The notes under the pieces were generated by a model. That model was not told where the DNA came from, searched no databases, and saw only the letters and a list, made by a program, of their open reading frames with translations. 64,000 bases of DNA from assembly GCA_051531975.1 (NCBI GenBank), contig JAOPTT010000002.1:505968-569967 (forward strand). Direction: 5' to 3'. This document shows, piece after piece, positions 60,142-64,000 of this stretch (position 1 is its first letter; every line of letters begins with the position of its first letter). The position numbers and the translations under genes were made by a program. Source of the stretch: Spirochaetaceae bacterium. Lineage in GTDB: Bacteria; Spirochaetota; Spirochaetia; DSM-2461.

Positions 60142-63138
60142 TTGAAGATTCAACTGCGATTAATGCTTGTAATTGTACCTGTAATAATTTCTATTTTTTC
60201 AATAATATCAATAAGTACAAATATCATCTCAACTTCTGCACTAGAGGAGCAATCAAGGAAAAATGCCAAATTACTTAGTTATAGTTATTCCGAACAGTTA
60301 AACTCAACAATTGAGCAGTATCAATTTATAGCCAGGGATCTAAGTAGTGCAACATTAACTGCAATAAATGTAGAGGATACATTACAAGAGATAAGAAAAC
60401 GATATCCACAGTTGATTCAGGTATTTTATACATCCAATAAAGGTAAAGTTTTAGATATGGCTCCCTACAATTCTGAATATTTAAATGATAGTTTAAATGA
60501 AATTAGCGCCTGGAAAAAAGCTCATGATACTAAATCCACAGCAATATCAGAACCTGGTTATTATTTTGATAACAGGTCGGTAATTATTTTTTCACCAGTT
60601 ATTTTATCGTATGTGGAACATCAGGAATCAACTGTAGAAGGTATGGTTGCATTGGTGTTACCACTTGATGAGATATTTATAAAATTAACAGACCTATCTA
60701 TCGCAGAATCAGGCTCTGTATTTGTTTTAGACAGTCATGGAACTATTATTCACCATAAAAACAGAGATCATATATTCAAAAATATATTAAAAGTTTTTCC
60801 AAATTCTAATGCACTAATTAATATTTCAAGTGCTATGGTTGATCAGAAAATTGGTTTTGCAACTTATGTAGATGTTAATGAGAGAAAATACATATCTTTT
60901 TCACCTATACCAACTATGCGTTGGTCTTTAGGAATTGATGGTTCATACAATGAAATTAATTCTAATATAAAAAATATAACCCTTATAAATTTTATTCTAG
61001 TCTCAGTAGGAATTATTTTAGGAATAATAATTCTCTATTTTGTAGTACATACAGTTGTTTCTCCTATAGAAAAACTTACAATTATGACAAAAGAGATTGG
61101 AAAAGGGGATTTCCAATATAGAATACCCATTGATATAAACAGAGGTAAATCAAAAAATGAGGTTTTAAATCTTACCCATGCTTTTAATAAAATGTCTGAG
61201 GAATTAAACAATAATTTTATCAATTTAAACAATGAGATTTTAGAGAGAAATAAAGCTGAAATATCTCTCTCTAAAGCCCAAAACTACTTAAGTAACATTG
61301 TGGATTCTATGCCTTCTGTTTTGGTGGGTGTGGATATCTGTGGAAAAGTAACACACTGGAATATAGCAGCAGTAGATTATACGGGTATTACTGATAAAGA
61401 GGCCCATCAGAAGTTATTATCCGACTTATTACCTGTGATCGATAATGACATGAATATAATTTTCTCAAGTATTAAAAATAGAGAAGTTATACATATACAG
61501 GAGAAATCTAAACAAACTGACGATGGTTTAAAATACGAAGATATTACAATATATCCACTTGTTGCAAATGGAATTGAAGGAGCTGTAATTCGTTTAGATG
61601 ATGTAACAGACCGGAGACTTGTTGAAGATGAATTAAAAAAATACAAAATACATTTGGAAGATCTCGTTGATAAAAGAACATCGCAGTTAAAAGAAGCTAG
61701 AGTAGAAGCAGATGTTGCAAATAGGGCAAAGAGTGTATTTTTAGCAAATATGAGCCACGAGATAAGAACTCCACTGAATGCAGTTTTAGGATTTAGTGAA
61801 CTTTTATCTTCTATAGTTCAAAGTAAGAAAGAAAAAAGTTATTTAAAAGCCATTAGAACAGCAGGGAAATCACTATTCACTTTAATCAATGATATTCTAG
61901 ATCTTTCAAAAATTGAGGCTGGGAAGATTGAAATTAATAAATCTCCGGTGGATTTACGTGGACTTATACAGGAAATCAGTCATGTCTTTCTACTACAGAT
62001 TGAAAAGAAGAATGTGAAATTAACAATGGATATCGATAATAATATTCCAACAATTGTCATCCTGGATGAAACACGAATAAGACAAATCTTAATTAATATA
62101 ATTGGTAATGCCGTAAAATTTACAGATGAAGGCTCTATAGAAATAATCGTAAAATGTATTAATAAGGATACTGAAAAAAGCACGTTGGATGTTAATATTG
62201 AAATTAAGGATACAGGTATAGGTATTGATCTAGAAAATATCGAAACAATATTTGAGTCCTTTAAACAACAGGATGGACAAAATATAACAAAGTTTGGCGG
62301 AACAGGTCTTGGTCTATCAATTTGTAAAAAGCTTTTAGATCTCATGAATGGCAACATCTCAGCAGTTAGTAAAATAAACAGAGGCAGTTCATTTATTATA
62401 AATCTTTTTGATCTTAACTATTCAACAAATAGTAAAATTGTAAAAGAGCAATTAGAACCAACAGTATCCGCTCAATTTCAGGAAGGAAATATTTTAGTTG
62501 TAGATGATATTAAATCAAATAGAGATCTATTATATGAGGTTCTTACTAATATGAATTTACATGTGGATACAGCTGTAAATGGTGAAGAAGGCGTAACTAA
62601 AGCTATTCAAAATCCACCAGATATTATACTTATGGATATTAGAATGCCGGTTATGGATGGTATTGAAGCAACAAAAAAGATCAAAAACAATGAACTTACA
62701 AAAAATATACCTGTTATAGCAGTAACAGCATCATCTTATGCTTTAAATAGAGATGCTATTATGACTAAAGGATTTGACGGTTTTATTGCTAAACCCATAA
62801 ATACAATTAATCTTATTGATGAGTTATCTTTATATCTAAAAAACATAGTTATTGATGGTAATAAAACATTGGAAATTGATGTTGCAGAAAAATTACCCGA
62901 AGTTCAAAAAATATTAACTGAAGACTTTATTCCAAGATGGAAAATGTTTCAAACAAAACAACCAATTAAAGATGTAAAATTATTTTCGGCTGATTTAAAA
63001 GAGTTAGGTTTAAAGTATAAATCAACCTATTTAGAGGAATATGCAGAAAATATATTATTAAGTCTCGATAATTTTGATATCAGTTCTATGAAAGAGGCTC
63101 TGGATAACTTCCAGAATGTTATTAAAAAAATTGGGTGA
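60142..63138 (+). CDS. Hybrid histidine kinase (dCache-HAMP-PAS-HisKA-HATPase-REC)
   Basis: [28 protein letters not shown]. Confidence 0.95.
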   Translation: MKIQLRLMLVIVPVIISIFSIISISTNIISTSALEEQSRKNAKLLSYSYSEQLNSTIEQYQFIARDLSSATLTAINVEDTLQEIRKRYPQLIQVFYTSNKGKVLDMAPYNSEYLNDSLNEISAWKKAHDTKSTAISEPGYYFDNRSVIIFSPVILSYVEHQESTVEGMVALVLPLDEIFIKLTDLSIAESGSVFVLDSHGTIIHHKNRDHIFKNILKVFPNSNALINISSAMVDQKIGFATYVDVNERKYISFSPIPTMRWSLGIDGSYNEINSNIKNITLINFILVSVGIILGIIILYFVVHTVVSPIEKLTIMTKEIGKGDFQYRIPIDINRGKSKNEVLNLTHAFNKMSEELNNNFINLNNEILERNKAEISLSKAQNYLSNIVDSMPSVLVGVDICGKVTHWNIAAVDYTGITDKEAHQKLLSDLLPVIDNDMNIIFSSIKNREVIHIQEKSKQTDDGLKYEDITIYPLVANGIEGAVIRLDDVTDRRLVEDELKKYKIHLEDLVDKRTSQLKEARVEADVANRAKSVFLANMSHEIRTPLNAVLGFSELLSSIVQSKKEKSYLKAIRTAGKSLFTLINDILDLSKIEAGKIEINKSPVDLRGLIQEISHVFLLQIEKKNVKLTMDIDNNIPTIVILDETRIRQILINIIGNAVKFTDEGSIEIIVKCINKDTEKSTLDVNIEIKDTGIGIDLENIETIFESFKQQDGQNITKFGGTGLGLSICKKLLDLMNGNISAVSKINRGSSFIINLFDLNYSTNSKIVKEQLEPTVSAQFQEGNILVVDDIKSNRDLLYEVLTNMNLHVDTAVNGEEGVTKAIQNPPDIILMDIRMPVMDGIEATKKIKNNELTKNIPVIAVTASSYALNRDAIMTKGFDGFIAKPINTINLIDELSLYLKNIVIDGNKTLEIDVAEKLPEVQKILTEDFIPRWKMFQTKQPIKDVKLFSADLKELGLKYKSTYLEEYAENILLSLDNFDISSMKEALDNFQNVIKKIG

Positions 63139-63155
63139 TTTATAGGAGATTAATA

Positions 63156-64000
63156 ATGGAAAGAGTATTCCGAATTTTAATAGTAGATGATGAACCAAAA
63201 AATATACAACTTCTTGGATCTATATTAAGTAAATACCATTTCGAGGTAGAGTTTGCTATCGATGGTAATTCATGTTTAGACTGGGTTTCCAGTAGCCATT
63301 TTGATCTGATTTTATTGGATGTCATGATGCCCGATTTAGATGGTTACACTGTTTGTAGAAAAATTAAATCAGACTCTAACAACAAAGATATACCTATAAT
63401 TTTTCTTACTGCAAAGGTCGAATCTGATGAAATCATACAAGGTTTTGATGCTGGTGGAGTGGACTATATTATAAAACCATTTAAAACCTCAGAACTAATG
63501 GCAAGGATAAATGCACAATTACAAATAGTTGAAATGAAAGAAGCTCTATTAGAAAAGAATATTTTATTAGCTAATTTAAATAAAGAATTGAATATTGCAA
63601 ATGAAAAACTAGACAATCTTTCTAAGACTGATCCTCTAACTGGGATTGCTAATAGAAGATATATGGATGAAGTTTTAAACAAGGAATGGAAAAGAGCAGT
63701 TAGAAATAATTCATCCCTATCTTTTATAATTTTAGATATTGATTTCTTTAAGTTATTTAATGACAATTATGGGCACATCAAAGGTGATGAATGTTTAAAA
63801 TTAGTAGCTAATCAGCTAGACCGTGAAATTAAGCGTTCTACAGATTTAGTAGCACGATTTGGAGGAGAGGAGTTTGCAATTATTCTTCCAGAAACTGAAG
63901 ACGTATTAGAAACTGCAGAGAACTGTCGAAAAGCTATAGAAAATCTTCAAATTCCTCATGAATTTTCTGAAAGTTTAAATGTCGTTACCATTAGCGTCGG
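63156..64000 (+). CDS. Response-regulator diguanylate cyclase (REC-GGDEF), runs off window edge
   Basis: Hand translation MERVFRILIVDDEP...LLDVMMP...TDPLTGIANRR...RFGGEEF; AGGAG RBS. Confidence 0.92.
   Translation, partial: MERVFRILIVDDEPKNIQLLGSILSKYHFEVEFAIDGNSCLDWVSSSHFDLILLDVMMPDLDGYTVCRKIKSDSNNKDIPIIFLTAKVESDEIIQGFDAGGVDYIIKPFKTSELMARINAQLQIVEMKEALLEKNILLANLNKELNIANEKLDNLSKTDPLTGIANRRYMDEVLNKEWKRAVRNNSSLSFIILDIDFFKLFNDNYGHIKGDECLKLVANQLDREIKRSTDLVARFGGEEFAIILPETEDVLETAENCRKAIENLQIPHEFSESLNVVTISV

Noticed and set aside
279..63766. Numerous antisense ORFs (e.g. 279-959, 10989-11423, 17009-17494, 26150-26671, 34843-35340, 61980-62357, 63464-63766)
   Set aside because: They lie opposite well-supported genes and have Ser/Ile/Leu/Phe-rich shadow composition with no motifs
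1..64000. tRNA, rRNA or prophage genes
   Set aside because: None recognisable by eye; a tRNAscan or Infernal run would be needed to exclude them formally

Overview
AT-rich bacterial chromosomal window. A spirochaete-like origin is inferred from gene content and is not proven. Bases 1-24.4 kb form a defence island: a TerB-like gene, an IS21 element, McrBC, a type I R-M system, a Gabija-type OLD nuclease/UvrD pair with two trailing unknown genes, Rpn and YhcG/DUF1016 PD-(D/E)XK nucleases, and a decaying block duplicated several times and punctuated by three structured ~100-nt repeats resembling the Flavo-1 RNA motif. The rest is accessory: a LysR-TctCBA-two-sulfatase cluster, a TelA/VWA operon, two HEPN-MNT pairs, an ECF sigma factor with a VWA anti-sigma-like gene, two TetR modules with visible operators, and several signalling genes (GGDEF, PP2C, hybrid kinases). 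The most unusual items are a flagellin homologue carrying an apparent Sec signal peptide, in-frame coding palindromes in YhcG and RhuM (tandemly doubled in RhuM), the structured repeats that head duplicated cassettes, and a candidate internal plus stand-alone Rpn small antitoxin. All family calls come from reading motifs by eye; no database searches were run.
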